64,000 nt of DNA from Terriglobia bacterium (GCA_963814725.1 CAWFDY010000001.1:26780-90779); one strand, 5' to 3'. Positions 17,330 through 27,060 are shown, counted from the stretch's first letter. Notes: generated from the letters alone by a model not told the origin. A program made the numbers and translations.

Positions 17330-17455
17330 TTGGGCGAACCGGGCACGTGCCTCGCGCGAGGTTTGTCCGTGGAGTCCGCGACGCGGACGGTCGTGATTGT
17401 ACTCCTCGATCCAGCGGATCATCTGGGTTAGTAGGTTGCTTTTGCCCGTAACCTT
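17330..17455 (-). pseudogene. Remnant of an IS3-family transposase C-terminus
   Basis: KSNLLTQMIRWIEEYNHDRPRRGLHGQTSREARARF matches the YNxxRPHxxLxxxTP end of the rve integrase core. No upstream catalytic part is present. Confidence 0.55.
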
Positions 17456-17585
17456 CAGAAAGCAAAAGTCGCTTCGACGACTGCAAACGAAGCGAATTCG
17501 CCGATCCTGAGGCATGATAGCCTGATTTTGCCGCAACTCGGGGCCAGCCGACAGCCTGGGTGGCGCGCCGGGCAAAACCTACCCC

Positions 17586-18359
17586 ATGGCGACCGACCCC
17601 AGACCGGCGAAAGTACCCACAGCTCAGGGTACCAAAGGCACCTCCCAGCCCGGGACGGAGACGGTGGAGACGCAACTTTCCCCTTCTGCAGGGGTTGAAA
17701 CAGATGTGAGCAGCGTGGCCATGGATCGCGGAATGCTTGCGATGGCGGGGGCGACCCCGTTTGAAGCTGACCCTGGCCTGTCGGCCGAAGCGCGGAGCGA
17801 TGCGGAAATCATGCTGCAGGTGAAAGCCGGAGATGATTCGGCTTTCGAGTACCTGGTGCAGAAATACCGGCGTCCCATGGTGAGCTTTATGTTCCGGATG
17901 GCTCACAGCAACGCCGTGGCGGAGGATCTGGCGCAGGAAGTTTTCCTGCGCATTTACCGCTCGCGGGAGAGTTACGAGGCGAGCGCGAAGTTCACCACGT
18001 GGATGTATCGCATCGCCACGAACCTGGCGGTGAATCATGCGCGCGACACGCGTCATGAGCGGCCGGAGAATACGGTCAGCCTGGATGAGCCCGACCAGGA
18101 CAGCGGCCGCACCCTGGACCTGCCCGACCGGAGCCCCAGCGCCGAGGCGTCGATGGTGCAGCGGGAGCGGGTGGCGGCCATTCGGCAACGCGTGCATGCG
18201 CTGCCCGAGCGGCAAAGAATCGCAGTGGTAATGCACAAGTACCAGCAGATGGAATATCGCCAGATCGCGGATGTGTTGAAGTTGAGCGAGTCCGCCACCA
18301 AGTCGTTGCTGTTTCGCGCCTACGAAACTTTGCGCCAGCAGCTTAAAGAGTTCGTGTAA
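17586..18359 (+). CDS. ECF-type RNA polymerase sigma-70 factor
   Basis: Region 2 (FEYLVQKYRRPM.., DLAQEVFLRIY) and region 4 (RQRIAVVMHKYQQMEYRQIADVL). Long ~75-aa N-terminal extension, so the start is uncertain. Confidence 0.85.
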   Translation: MATDPRPAKVPTAQGTKGTSQPGTETVETQLSPSAGVETDVSSVAMDRGMLAMAGATPFEADPGLSAEARSDAEIMLQVKAGDDSAFEYLVQKYRRPMVSFMFRMAHSNAVAEDLAQEVFLRIYRSRESYEASAKFTTWMYRIATNLAVNHARDTRHERPENTVSLDEPDQDSGRTLDLPDRSPSAEASMVQRERVAAIRQRVHALPERQRIAVVMHKYQQMEYRQIADVLKLSESATKSLLFRAYETLRQQLKEFV

Positions 18360-18370
18360 AGGAAGCAGTC

Positions 18371-18859
18371 ATGAAGTGCAATGAAACTCGGGATGTTATG
18401 CCGGACCTGGCCGCCGGACTGACGACGGCCACGCCCGAAATAAAGGCTCATCTGGACTCGTGCTCCGAGTGCGCAGCCAAGCTTGAGGCTTTTCGAAATA
18501 CCATGTCACTACTGGACGAATGGCAGGCCCCGGAGCCGTCGCCTTATTTTGACGTCCGCCTGCGAGCGCGTTTGCGGGAAGAGAGTGCGAAGCCGGCGGG
18601 TTGGTTCACTTGGCTGCGCAAGCCGGTGCTGGCCGCGTCGTTTGCCCTTCTGATGGTGGTCAGCGTGAGCCTGGTGCGGATGAACAGCGGCGAGAATGGG
18701 AAAAACACGGCGGCCTCGCTGGCGGGAGTACAGACTGCAGCCGAGCCTGGAACCGCCGTGGGAGATCTGCAGGCGCTGGAGAAGAACCAGAATCTGTATT
18801 CCGATTTTGACGTGCTCGATGACCTGGCCGTGCAGCAGGATGTGAGCGCAAATCCGTAG
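18371..18859 (+). CDS. Anti-sigma factor (zf-HC2, single TM)
   Basis: HLDSCSECA (H-x3-C-x2-C) motif, a central hydrophobic helix, and a start 12 nt after the sigma gene. Confidence 0.75.
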   Translation: MKCNETRDVMPDLAAGLTTATPEIKAHLDSCSECAAKLEAFRNTMSLLDEWQAPEPSPYFDVRLRARLREESAKPAGWFTWLRKPVLAASFALLMVVSVSLVRMNSGENGKNTAASLAGVQTAAEPGTAVGDLQALEKNQNLYSDFDVLDDLAVQQDVSANP

Positions 18860-19006
18860 GCATTTTCTGACTTCGTTCGCTCTTGAGATCGAAATATTGA
18901 GTGCGAGTATTGAGTCCGAATATGCGGTTAAGAGATTCAAGGCGGATCCGTGAGGCCGAGGCTAGCGGGAGAATCAGAAAGCGTGCGAGGAGTGAAGTCC
19001 ATCACG

Positions 19007-19570
19007 ATGGCAGTGGCCGCGGCCGCGCTGGTACTGGCGTCCACGGTTTCGCCGTGTCCGGCCCAGATTCGCGCTGAACGGCGGCAAGCGCGGCAGCAGG
19101 CGATGGCGCAGGGCAATCATGCCGGGCAGTGGCTGCGCCGCTACAAGGATCTTCCACCCGATCAGCAACAGAAGGCGCTGGAGAACGATCCCCAGTTCCG
19201 CAGCCTTCCGCCGTCGCGCCAACAGATTTTGCGAGAGCGCCTGCAGCGCTTCAGCAGCCTGCCGCCCAAGCAGCAAAACCGCATCTTGCAGCGCATGGAG
19301 ACGTGGGAACACCTGACGCCGGGGCAGAAGCAGCAGGCGCGGGAACTTTACTCGCAACTCAAAGATCTGCCTCCGGAGCGCCGGCAAAAAATGCGTACCG
19401 CGATCCGCGACCTGAGCGCGATGCCTCCTGAACAGCGTCAACAGGTGATCGAGTCGGAGCGCTTCAAGAGCGAGTTCTCGCCTCGGGAGCGCGGCCTGCT
19501 GAGCAGCGCTTCGCAATTGCCCCTGGCGCCTGCCGAGAATGGAACCGGCGAGCCCGCACCGGAAGACTGA
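19007..19570 (+). CDS. Secreted DUF3106-like protein with LPPxxRQ helical repeats
   Basis: Signal peptide, then repeated LPPDQQQK / LPPSRQQ / LPPKQQN / LPPERRQ / MPPEQRQ units. Confidence 0.65.
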   Translation: MAVAAAALVLASTVSPCPAQIRAERRQARQQAMAQGNHAGQWLRRYKDLPPDQQQKALENDPQFRSLPPSRQQILRERLQRFSSLPPKQQNRILQRMETWEHLTPGQKQQARELYSQLKDLPPERRQKMRTAIRDLSAMPPEQRQQVIESERFKSEFSPRERGLLSSASQLPLAPAENGTGEPAPED

Positions 19571-19683
19571 ACCACGAACCAATGTGGGACCGCCAGCCTC
19601 GGATGTCCGGTCGCGCAGCTCGATCGTGGGAGGACGGACGCCCTCCATCGAAAATAAGACTCAATTCTCTTCCGTGGCGCTGC

Positions 19684-19713
19684 CGCACGAGCGCGGCGCT
19701 CGCGCCTACATTG
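19684..19713. repeat. Family B repeat unit overlapping the gltX stop codon
   Basis: CCGCACGAGCGCGGCGCTCGCGCCTACATT. The gltX stop (CTA on the + strand, 19706-19708) lies inside the unit. Confidence 0.8.
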
Positions 19714-21196
19714 CGATGGCTCTGGCGGCCAGGTCCTGGGTGGATTTCAGTCGGGTTACGGTGCGGTCTTTGCCCAGGATCGTCATTACGGCGAAGAGAC
19801 TGGGCGCGACTCCCTGTCCGGTGAGGACTACGCGCGCGCCGTTGATCAGCGCACCTGCTTTTGTTTCCTTTTCGGCGGCGAAGTCGCGGAGAAGCCTTTC
19901 GGCTCCGGCCTCGGTGAAAACTTCATCCGAGGCGGCGTAGCGATCCCCGAGTTCCACCAGCAGCCGCCGCACTCTTTCATCCGCGAGAAATTTGCCCACG
20001 GCGGCGGGGTCGGGTTGGAATGTATCCGTAAAGTAAGCGCGGAAAGAGGTAGCGAAATCCTTCAGGCTTCGTGCCCGTGGCTTGAGCAGATTGATGGCTG
20101 CAAGCAGCCAGTCATGCTCGGTGTGACGCGGTTCGAATGCCGCCTTGTGCCATTCTTCCTGAATCAAGGGCAGTAATTTTTCCGCCGGATAGGAGCGAAT
20201 GTATTCCGTGTTGAACCAGTCCAGCTTTACGCGATCGAATACTGCGTTGGAATGGGAGACGCCCTTCAGATCAAACAGCTCGATCAATTGCCGGTCACCC
20301 AGAATTTCGGTTGCGGCGCCATCGGCGGCGGGCGGGGACCATCCCAGCAGAGCCAGAAAATTGCGGAAGGCTTCGGGTACGATGCCTTCATCGCGATAGG
20401 CCATCACGCTGGTGGCCCCGTGGCGTTTGCTGAGACGCGTTTTGTCGGGACCGAGAATCAGGGGCAAGTGCGCGAACACCGGCAAGGGAGCGCCCAGCGC
20501 TTGGTAGAGCAGGACCTGCTTGGGCGTGTTGGAGATATGATCGGCGCCGCGGATGACGTGGCTGATCCGCATGTCCACGTCGTCGGCGACGACGCTGAGA
20601 TGGTAGGTGGGAACTCCGTCCGAGCGCAAAAGCACGAAATCTTCCAGTTCGGTATTGGCAAATTCCACCCGCCCGAAGACGGCATCGTCGAACGCAGTCG
20701 AACCGGACTCCGGCACGGCAAAGCGTACCGCCGCGGATTCTCCGGCAGCCCGGCGCCGGGCTCCTTCTTCGCGAGAGGTCTTCCGGCAAGCGCCGTCATA
20801 ACGCGAAGGGCGGCCCTCCGCTACCGCTGCCGCGCGGCGCTGCTCCAATTCCTGTTTGGTGCAAAAACAATAGTAAGCGTGACCCGAGGCCAACAGCTTC
20901 GCTGCGCTCAGGCGATAGATATCCATACGCTGGGTCTGGTGGATCGGACCTTCGTCCCAGTCGAGGCCGAGCCAGCGCATGCCCTGCAAAATGCCTTCGA
21001 CCATCTCATCGGTGGAGCGCTCGAGGTCCGTATCCTCAATGCGGAGGATGAGAGAGCCGCCATGATGGCGCGCGAACAGCCAGTTGAAGAGCGCGGTACG
21101 GGCGCCGCCGACGTGCAGGAAGCCTGTCGGAGAGGGCGCAAAGCGGACGCGCGGACCTGTATGCGGGTTGGAGGGCGGACTGAATGAAGGGGACAT
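19706..21196 (-). CDS. gltX: Glutamate--tRNA ligase
   Basis: HVGGARTALFNW (HIGH) and LSKRHG (KMSKS) class I signatures; 496 aa. Confidence 0.95.
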   Translation of the reverse strand: MSPSFSPPSNPHTGPRVRFAPSPTGFLHVGGARTALFNWLFARHHGGSLILRIEDTDLERSTDEMVEGILQGMRWLGLDWDEGPIHQTQRMDIYRLSAAKLLASGHAYYCFCTKQELEQRRAAAVAEGRPSRYDGACRKTSREEGARRRAAGESAAVRFAVPESGSTAFDDAVFGRVEFANTELEDFVLLRSDGVPTYHLSVVADDVDMRISHVIRGADHISNTPKQVLLYQALGAPLPVFAHLPLILGPDKTRLSKRHGATSVMAYRDEGIVPEAFRNFLALLGWSPPAADGAATEILGDRQLIELFDLKGVSHSNAVFDRVKLDWFNTEYIRSYPAEKLLPLIQEEWHKAAFEPRHTEHDWLLAAINLLKPRARSLKDFATSFRAYFTDTFQPDPAAVGKFLADERVRRLLVELGDRYAASDEVFTEAGAERLLRDFAAEKETKAGALINGARVVLTGQGVAPSLFAVMTILGKDRTVTRLKSTQDLAARAIAM

Positions 21197-21418
21197 TACG
21201 AAAGGCCGTGTCCTGATGGTACGGGCTGAGGAAATGTAGCGTCAAGCTTGCGACAGGGTTAAAGAGCATCCAAGTTGTTGAGGCGGAAGAGCAAAGCACA
21301 GCTTCGACCCCGGTCTTGCCGCGCCAGAGAAGACTATTGTTTTGCCCGAATTGCTGTGAAACCATTGATTAGTTAGAAATTGCTCATCGCTCTGGCTGAG
21401 GTTAGCTGTTTTCGCGCC

Positions 21419-24400
21419 ATGAACAGCGTCACAATCAGTATGGTCGTAGTTCCGGCCGTGGTTGCTCTGCTGCTCTTTCTGGTCTTCACTTACCTTTACG
21501 AGCAGACCCGGCAGGACTACTTTCGCGCCTGGCAACTGGGATGGGGAGCGTACACCCTCCATTACATCCTGGATGCCTGGAGTGTCTTCCGCAATCCTTC
21601 CGCTGTGATGTCGCTGCTGGCCTCGCTGCTTCTGGCGGCGATGGCGCTCTGCATTTTTATTTCAACCCGGCTGATGCGGGAGAAGTTCGAACTTCGCTGG
21701 TACGACCTCGCGGTCGGGGTGGGCGGAGCCGCGCTCAGCTTCTGGAGTTTGAAGCAGCACATGATAGGGATGGTTTTTCATCCGGAAATTATTCCGGATC
21801 CTCGCTTCCGCCTGGAAGTGGGAGTGGCGCTGGTGCTGTTGTACTGTTCCTTTTTCTTTTACCGGTACGCGCATCGAAGAAATTCACTGGCTTTCACCCT
21901 GCTGGCGATGGCGCTGGCGCTGTGGTCGGTGCTGATGCTGTTCGGCCAATTCAGCAATTCATATTTGCAGGTATCAGACATGCTGGGTCCGATTCCTCAG
22001 CTGGCGCTGGGAATCGCGATGGTGCTGGTGCTATCGGAGAACGAACGCAGCGCGGTGCAGGAAAACGCGCTGGCGTTTTCGACTCTGGGTGTGGATCCGA
22101 CGCGACTGCTGTCGGCGGATGATCTGGTGCCCAGCATGCAAAGCATACTGGAGCGCCTGGTGGCCCCACTGCCGGCCGGGGGAGCGGCCATCTGCATTTC
22201 GGAGCGCTGGAGAGCCGTGCTGCCTTCCGTGCAGAGCGGATTCTCCACCGAATTTCTGGAGCGCATGGAGAAGAGCGGTGCCGCCGAATATGTCTGTGAA
22301 CTGGCCTACCGGCGCGGCGGGTTTATAACCTTTCGCAGTGTTCCGGAAATGGCGGAACCTCTGCCCGCGTTTCCGGGCGGCCGCTTTCTGCAATTCCGCG
22401 AAGTGCTGACGGAGCAGGGCATTTACAACATCACGGCGGTCAGCCTGCAGACCCGGGAACACAATTTCGGGGTAATCCTGTTCCCGCATGCGGCGCGCCG
22501 GATGTTCGGTTCGTCGAACCTGCGGTTGCTGATCGGCCTGGCATTGCAGATCGGGTTAACCCTGGAAAATTATGTCGTCATGCACGATGCGCAGCGCCGC
22601 ACCAAGGAATTCGCGCTGCTCACGCAGATCGGCCAGGCGATCAGCTCGCGGCTGGATCAGGACGAGATTCTGCGTACGGTGCAGAAGGAACTGGGACAAA
22701 TCTTCGACACCAGCGACTTCTACATCGCCTTTCAGGAGGGCGACGAGATCCGCTTCGAACTGGAAGTGGAGAAGGGCCACATTTTGCCCAAGCGCGCGCG
22801 CAAACTGGCGAACGGCCTGAGCGAATTTATTATTCGCAGCGGGCAGCCGTTGCTGATCCGCTCCGACCTGGAAAAAACACGGGAGCGGTTGGGAGTCGGC
22901 TATATGCCGCCGCGCCCTGCCAAATCGTTTTGCGGCGCGCCCATCCTGTTGGGCGGAAGGCCGGCTGGCATTATGGCGGCAATGAACACGGAGCGCGAGT
23001 ACGGCTTCGAGCAGCGCGATCTGGAAGTGATGCAGACCGCAGCCGGACAGGTATCCGTCGCGGTGGAAAACGCGCGGCTTTTTTCCGAAGAGCAGCGGCG
23101 CTCGCGCCAGCTGGGTTTCCTGAACAGTATCTCGAAGACCGCGATTTCGAGCGACGATTCCGAGCAAATGATGGCCGACATCGTGAGCCACATCCAGAAA
23201 AATTTCAGTTTCGACCACATTGGGATCGGAATCCTCGATTACTCCACCAAGGAGATCGAGATCAAAGCCGAAGCCGGCGTCACGGCGCACGCCCTGGGCA
23301 AACGCATTGCTCTGGGCAGTGGCATTCTCGGCCGGGTGGCGCGCAGCGGCGAAGCGGCGCTGGTCCAGACCACAAGCGAAGCGCAGCTTCAGGGCGTACT
23401 TCCGGGAGCGCGTTCTGTTCTTTGCATCCCCATCGCGTATGGCGAGAACTTTCTCGGCGTGCTCAACGTCGAGAGCCAGAAGGAAGATGCTTTTACTCCC
23501 GCGGACCGGCTGATCATGAACACGCTGGCCGACCTGCTGGCCACCGCATTGCACAATGCGTTTGTGTTTCAGAAACTGCAACAGCAATCGATCACCGACG
23601 GGCTCACGCTGATCAAGACGCGGCGGTACTTTTTTGAAACCTTGAGTTCAGAGCTGAAGCGAGCGTCGCGCTCGGGACGTCCCGTTTCAGTGGTGCTGAT
23701 GGATCTGGATAAATTCAAGGGAGTGAACGACACCAAGGGACACCTGGAAGGGGACCTAGTGCTGACCCGGGTAGGACGGCTTCTGGAACAGAAGTGCAGG
23801 CAATCGAACGTGGTGGCGCGTTACGGGGGCGACGAGTTCATCATCCTCATGCCGGAGACGGGCGTGGAACAGGCGCAAATTCTCGCGGAACGGTTGCGTT
23901 TGTGGATTGCGCAGGACCCCATGCTGGCCGAACACCAGGTGACCGGCAGCTTTGGAGTCGCAAGTTTTCCGGTGCACGGTTTCTCTATGGAAGAAATCAT
24001 CCGCGTCGCCGATGCCGGCATGTATGTCTCCAAGAAAGCAGGCGGCGACAAAGTTTCCACGGCGGAGGAAGTTTCGGGAGGCGAGAGTGCCGCGGTGCGC
24101 CGCCAGCTGATTTCGAGTTACATCGAAGGTTTCCTGCAGCGCGAGCACACCGGGCCCGAGCATGTGGAAGAACTCATTTCCACTTTGAAGAAGATGTGCG
24201 GCGACGAAGCTCGCACGGATCATATTCTGCGCGAGGCGATTGAGACTTTGACCAGCGCCGCCGAATCGCGCGAACTGAACAGCGCCGGGCACGGGGAAAT
24301 GGTTTCCCGTTACAGTGAAATTATCGCCAAGTCGCTGGGGCTGTCGCCGGAGCAAATCAGTGATCTGATCTTCTCCGCCCGGGTGCATGATGTCGGTAAA

Positions 24401-24799
24401 CTCTTCGTGCCGGAGCGGATTCTGAACAAGCCCGGCCCCCTGACCGAGGGCGAGTTTTACGTACTGAAGATGCATGCCGATGTTGGCGGAGAAATCCTGG
24501 CGACTCTGCCTGAAGGCAAGAAATTGCAGGAGGCAGTGCAATTCCATCACGAGGCCTTCGATGGAGGAGGGTACCCGACCGGTCTGCAGGGCGAGAAGAT
24601 TCCGCTGTGGGCGCGCATTATCGCCATCACCGACGCGTATGTGAACATGACCAGCGAGCGCCTGTTCGCGGCCGCCAAAACCAGCGAGCAAGCGCTGGCC
24701 GAGCTGGAAAAATTGAGCGGCACCCGCTATGACGGCATGCTGGTGCGCATTCTGATACGAGAGCTTAAGGCGGAGCGGGCGACTAGCTGGGGAAGCTGA
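21419..24799 (+). CDS. Membrane sensor with GAF domains, GGDEF diguanylate cyclase and HD-GYP phosphodiesterase domains
   Basis: About 6 N-terminal TM helices, GAF-like regions, RYGGDEFIIL, then HDVGK and HHEAFDGGGYP. Confidence 0.85.
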   Translation: MNSVTISMVVVPAVVALLLFLVFTYLYEQTRQDYFRAWQLGWGAYTLHYILDAWSVFRNPSAVMSLLASLLLAAMALCIFISTRLMREKFELRWYDLAVGVGGAALSFWSLKQHMIGMVFHPEIIPDPRFRLEVGVALVLLYCSFFFYRYAHRRNSLAFTLLAMALALWSVLMLFGQFSNSYLQVSDMLGPIPQLALGIAMVLVLSENERSAVQENALAFSTLGVDPTRLLSADDLVPSMQSILERLVAPLPAGGAAICISERWRAVLPSVQSGFSTEFLERMEKSGAAEYVCELAYRRGGFITFRSVPEMAEPLPAFPGGRFLQFREVLTEQGIYNITAVSLQTREHNFGVILFPHAARRMFGSSNLRLLIGLALQIGLTLENYVVMHDAQRRTKEFALLTQIGQAISSRLDQDEILRTVQKELGQIFDTSDFYIAFQEGDEIRFELEVEKGHILPKRARKLANGLSEFIIRSGQPLLIRSDLEKTRERLGVGYMPPRPAKSFCGAPILLGGRPAGIMAAMNTEREYGFEQRDLEVMQTAAGQVSVAVENARLFSEEQRRSRQLGFLNSISKTAISSDDSEQMMADIVSHIQKNFSFDHIGIGILDYSTKEIEIKAEAGVTAHALGKRIALGSGILGRVARSGEAALVQTTSEAQLQGVLPGARSVLCIPIAYGENFLGVLNVESQKEDAFTPADRLIMNTLADLLATALHNAFVFQKLQQQSITDGLTLIKTRRYFFETLSSELKRASRSGRPVSVVLMDLDKFKGVNDTKGHLEGDLVLTRVGRLLEQKCRQSNVVARYGGDEFIILMPETGVEQAQILAERLRLWIAQDPMLAEHQVTGSFGVASFPVHGFSMEEIIRVADAGMYVSKKAGGDKVSTAEEVSGGESAAVRRQLISSYIEGFLQREHTGPEHVEELISTLKKMCGDEARTDHILREAIETLTSAAESRELNSAGHGEMVSRYSEIIAKSLGLSPEQISDLIFSARVHDVGKLFVPERILNKPGPLTEGEFYVLKMHADVGGEILATLPEGKKLQEAVQFHHEAFDGGGYPTGLQGEKIPLWARIIAITDAYVNMTSERLFAAAKTSEQALAELEKLSGTRYDGMLVRILIRELKAERATSWGS

Positions 24800-24838
24800 G
24801 ATTTCACTCGTGCTGCGTCGTTGGTCGTTGGCAACCCT

Positions 24839-24900
24839 TGTCATGCTGAGCGGAGGCGGGACGGTCGCTTGCGACCGTCGTGACGTAGTCGAAGCACCCC
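24839..24900. repeat. Family C subfamily b half element
   Basis: TGTCATGCTGAGCGGAGGCGGGACGGTCGCTTGCGACCGTCGTGACGTAGTCGAAG aligns with 58324-58380. Confidence 0.7.
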
Positions 24901-24958
24901 TATTGCTCTTCCCTGCCACCGGGCCTGTGAAATTCTCCGCCGAAGCTTCCGTTTCTCT

Positions 24959-24990
24959 TCCGCACGAGCGAGGGCGCTCGCGCCCACATT
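24959..24990. repeat. Family B repeat unit
   Basis: CCGCACGAGCGAGGGCGCTCGCGCCCACATT. Confidence 0.85.
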
Positions 24991-25038
24991 ATCTCGGCCA
25001 CTTGCCATTTCCGGCCTGACACGGGAAACTATCTCTGC

Positions 25039-25821
25039 ATGTCTATCCCTCTTTCTCTCTCTGGTAAGGTTGCCCTCATCACTGGCGGTTCGCGCGGAAT
25101 CGGCGCGGCTTCAGTCCGACTGTTTGTTGCCGCGGGGGCGCGCGTGCTGTTCAACTACGAAAAGGCCAAGGCTCCATCGGAACAACTGGTTGCGGAACTT
25201 GGGAAGGAAAATTGTGCGGCTGTCGCCTGCAACCTTTCCGGCACCGAAACCGCGCAAGGACTGGTGGCGGAAGCCGTGAAGCGCTTCGGGCGGCTGGATA
25301 TTCTGGTGGCCAACCACGGCGTATGGCCTCCCGAGGATGCGCCCATCGAAAAGATGGCGGACGCGCAATGGCGCAGCACCATGGCCATCAATCTGGATAG
25401 CGTCTTTGCCCTCATCAAGCATTCCGTGGCGCAGATGAAACGGCAAGGCAACTCCGGCGCGTCCGCCGGGCACATTGTGCTGGTCAGTTCCACCGCCGGA
25501 CAACGGGGCGAGGCGTTTCACTGCGACTACGCCGCAACCAAAGGCGCGCTGATCAGCATGGTCAAGGGGCTCTCGACGGAACTGGCCAGGGATGCGATTT
25601 ACGTCAACACGGTGGCTCCGGGTTGGGTTGACACCGATATGTCGGCCCCGGCTTTGAACGATCCCAAGACCAGCGCGCGTATTTATTCGGCCATCCCGCT
25701 GGGGCGTGCCGCCAAGCCGGAAGAAATTGCGGGGCCCATCCTCTTTCTGTGCTCGCCGTATGCCGGCTTCATCACGGGAGAGGTGTTCAACGTGAATGGC
25801 GGAGCGGTACTGGTCGGCTAA
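25039..25821 (+). CDS. SDR-family oxidoreductase (FabG-like)
   Basis: TGGSRGIGAA cofactor motif and YAATKGAL catalytic Y-x3-K. Confidence 0.9.
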   Translation: MSIPLSLSGKVALITGGSRGIGAASVRLFVAAGARVLFNYEKAKAPSEQLVAELGKENCAAVACNLSGTETAQGLVAEAVKRFGRLDILVANHGVWPPEDAPIEKMADAQWRSTMAINLDSVFALIKHSVAQMKRQGNSGASAGHIVLVSSTAGQRGEAFHCDYAATKGALISMVKGLSTELARDAIYVNTVAPGWVDTDMSAPALNDPKTSARIYSAIPLGRAAKPEEIAGPILFLCSPYAGFITGEVFNVNGGAVLVG

Positions 25822-25842
25822 CCTGGAAGCGGTTACGAACCA

Positions 25843-25998
25843 CGTGGGGACAGTCGCCCTCGACTGTCCGGCGGAGCAAAGCTCCGCGACTGCCGACAAG
25901 AAAACGGTCGAGCTTCGCTCGAAGGGACAGCCGAGGGCGGCTGTCCCCACGTGGCTCGGGGTGGCTTTCCGGCACGAGCCGGACGCTCGCGCCTGCAT
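25843..25998. repeat. Family B composite element (string of about 5 hairpins)
   Basis: Hairpins at 25848-25869 (CCCT loop), 25871-25887, 25908-25922 and 25924-25947, then GGCACGAGCCGGACGCTCGCGCC. About 95 nt align with 5735-5824 and 46072-46162. Confidence 0.85.
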
Positions 25999-26019
25999 TT
26001 GCATCTAACGTTGTGGACG

Positions 26020-26814
26020 ATGAAGCTCTTCCTGACCATCCTTCTTCTGGCCGCTGTCGGACTGGCGCAGACTGACAGCGCGCCTCCTTCCCAATCCATT
26101 CCGGTGGACCAGGATAACGCCCGCCACGCCCGAGCGGTGCTCGACCAGACCATCAAGGCCCTCGGCGGACCAGCCTACATGAATGTTCAGGACGTGAGTC
26201 AGGAAGGTCGCGGTTACACCTTTCATCTTGGCCGTCCCAACAGTTTAGGGATCCTGTTCTGGCGGTTTTACAGATTTCCGGACAAGGAACGCATCGAGCT
26301 GACCAAGCAGCGGGACGTGATCTATGTGTACTCGGGCGACAAAGGAACCGAGATTACGTTCAAGGGTCCCACCCCGCAGGATCCCAAGGATTTGACTGAA
26401 TACCTGCGGCGCCGCCACTTTTCGCTCGATTGGGTGCTTAGAAAGTGGCTGCAGGAACCTGGAATTGCCTTGTTCTACGAGGGGCAAACCGTGGCTGAAG
26501 AAAAGCCGGTTGAACAGGTTACCGTCATGAACGCTCACAACGAGGGTGTGACGATCTACGTGAGCACTGACGACCACCTGCCGGTAAAAAAGACATACTC
26601 GTGGCGAGATCCCGCCGACAAAGAACGGAATATCGAAGACGAGGTTTACGACAATTACCGGGAAGTGCAGGGCGTAATGACGCCGCACACGATAACGCGC
26701 TTTTACAATGGCGACATGTCCAGCCAGCGCTTCCTGACAGCGGTCAGCTATAATCAGGGAATCAGCGATTCCCAGTTCGTGGCGGGCCCGACACAGGCTG
26801 CCAAAAAGCCCTAA
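26020..26814 (+). CDS. Secreted hypothetical protein (possibly LolA-like fold)
   Basis: MKLFLTILLLAAVGLAQ signal peptide and coding-like composition. No diagnostic motif recognised. Confidence 0.6.
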   Translation: MKLFLTILLLAAVGLAQTDSAPPSQSIPVDQDNARHARAVLDQTIKALGGPAYMNVQDVSQEGRGYTFHLGRPNSLGILFWRFYRFPDKERIELTKQRDVIYVYSGDKGTEITFKGPTPQDPKDLTEYLRRRHFSLDWVLRKWLQEPGIALFYEGQTVAEEKPVEQVTVMNAHNEGVTIYVSTDDHLPVKKTYSWRDPADKERNIEDEVYDNYREVQGVMTPHTITRFYNGDMSSQRFLTAVSYNQGISDSQFVAGPTQAAKKP

Positions 26815-27060
26815 GCCGACGCCGTCCGCTTGCGGCTTTACGGCTTCTCACTATCTGTTCTCGACTCTCCGGCTAACCTAGGAAGTAACACTTAAGTTTA
26901 TTAGCGGGCTGGATCATCTATTAACACCATTACAATCATACATATAGAAAGCTTTAGCTTGGCTGCAAGCAAAGCTGCGGAAGGCGGACTGTGGCAAATT
27001 AGCCACAGACGCAGATTGCTACGGGCGGGGTAGATTGAGCATCTGAGAGCTTAGTCGCCT

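Noticed and set aside
17271-18236. Long antisense ORFs overlapping well-supported genes: 17271-18236, 22556-23587, 23756-24919, 47125-48132, 55125-56084, 56088-57023, 9895-10635, 10997-11728
   Set aside because: These are typical shadow ORFs of GC-rich DNA. Their translations are Arg/Pro/Gly-rich without motifs, and each is fully covered by an opposite-strand gene with clear family signatures.
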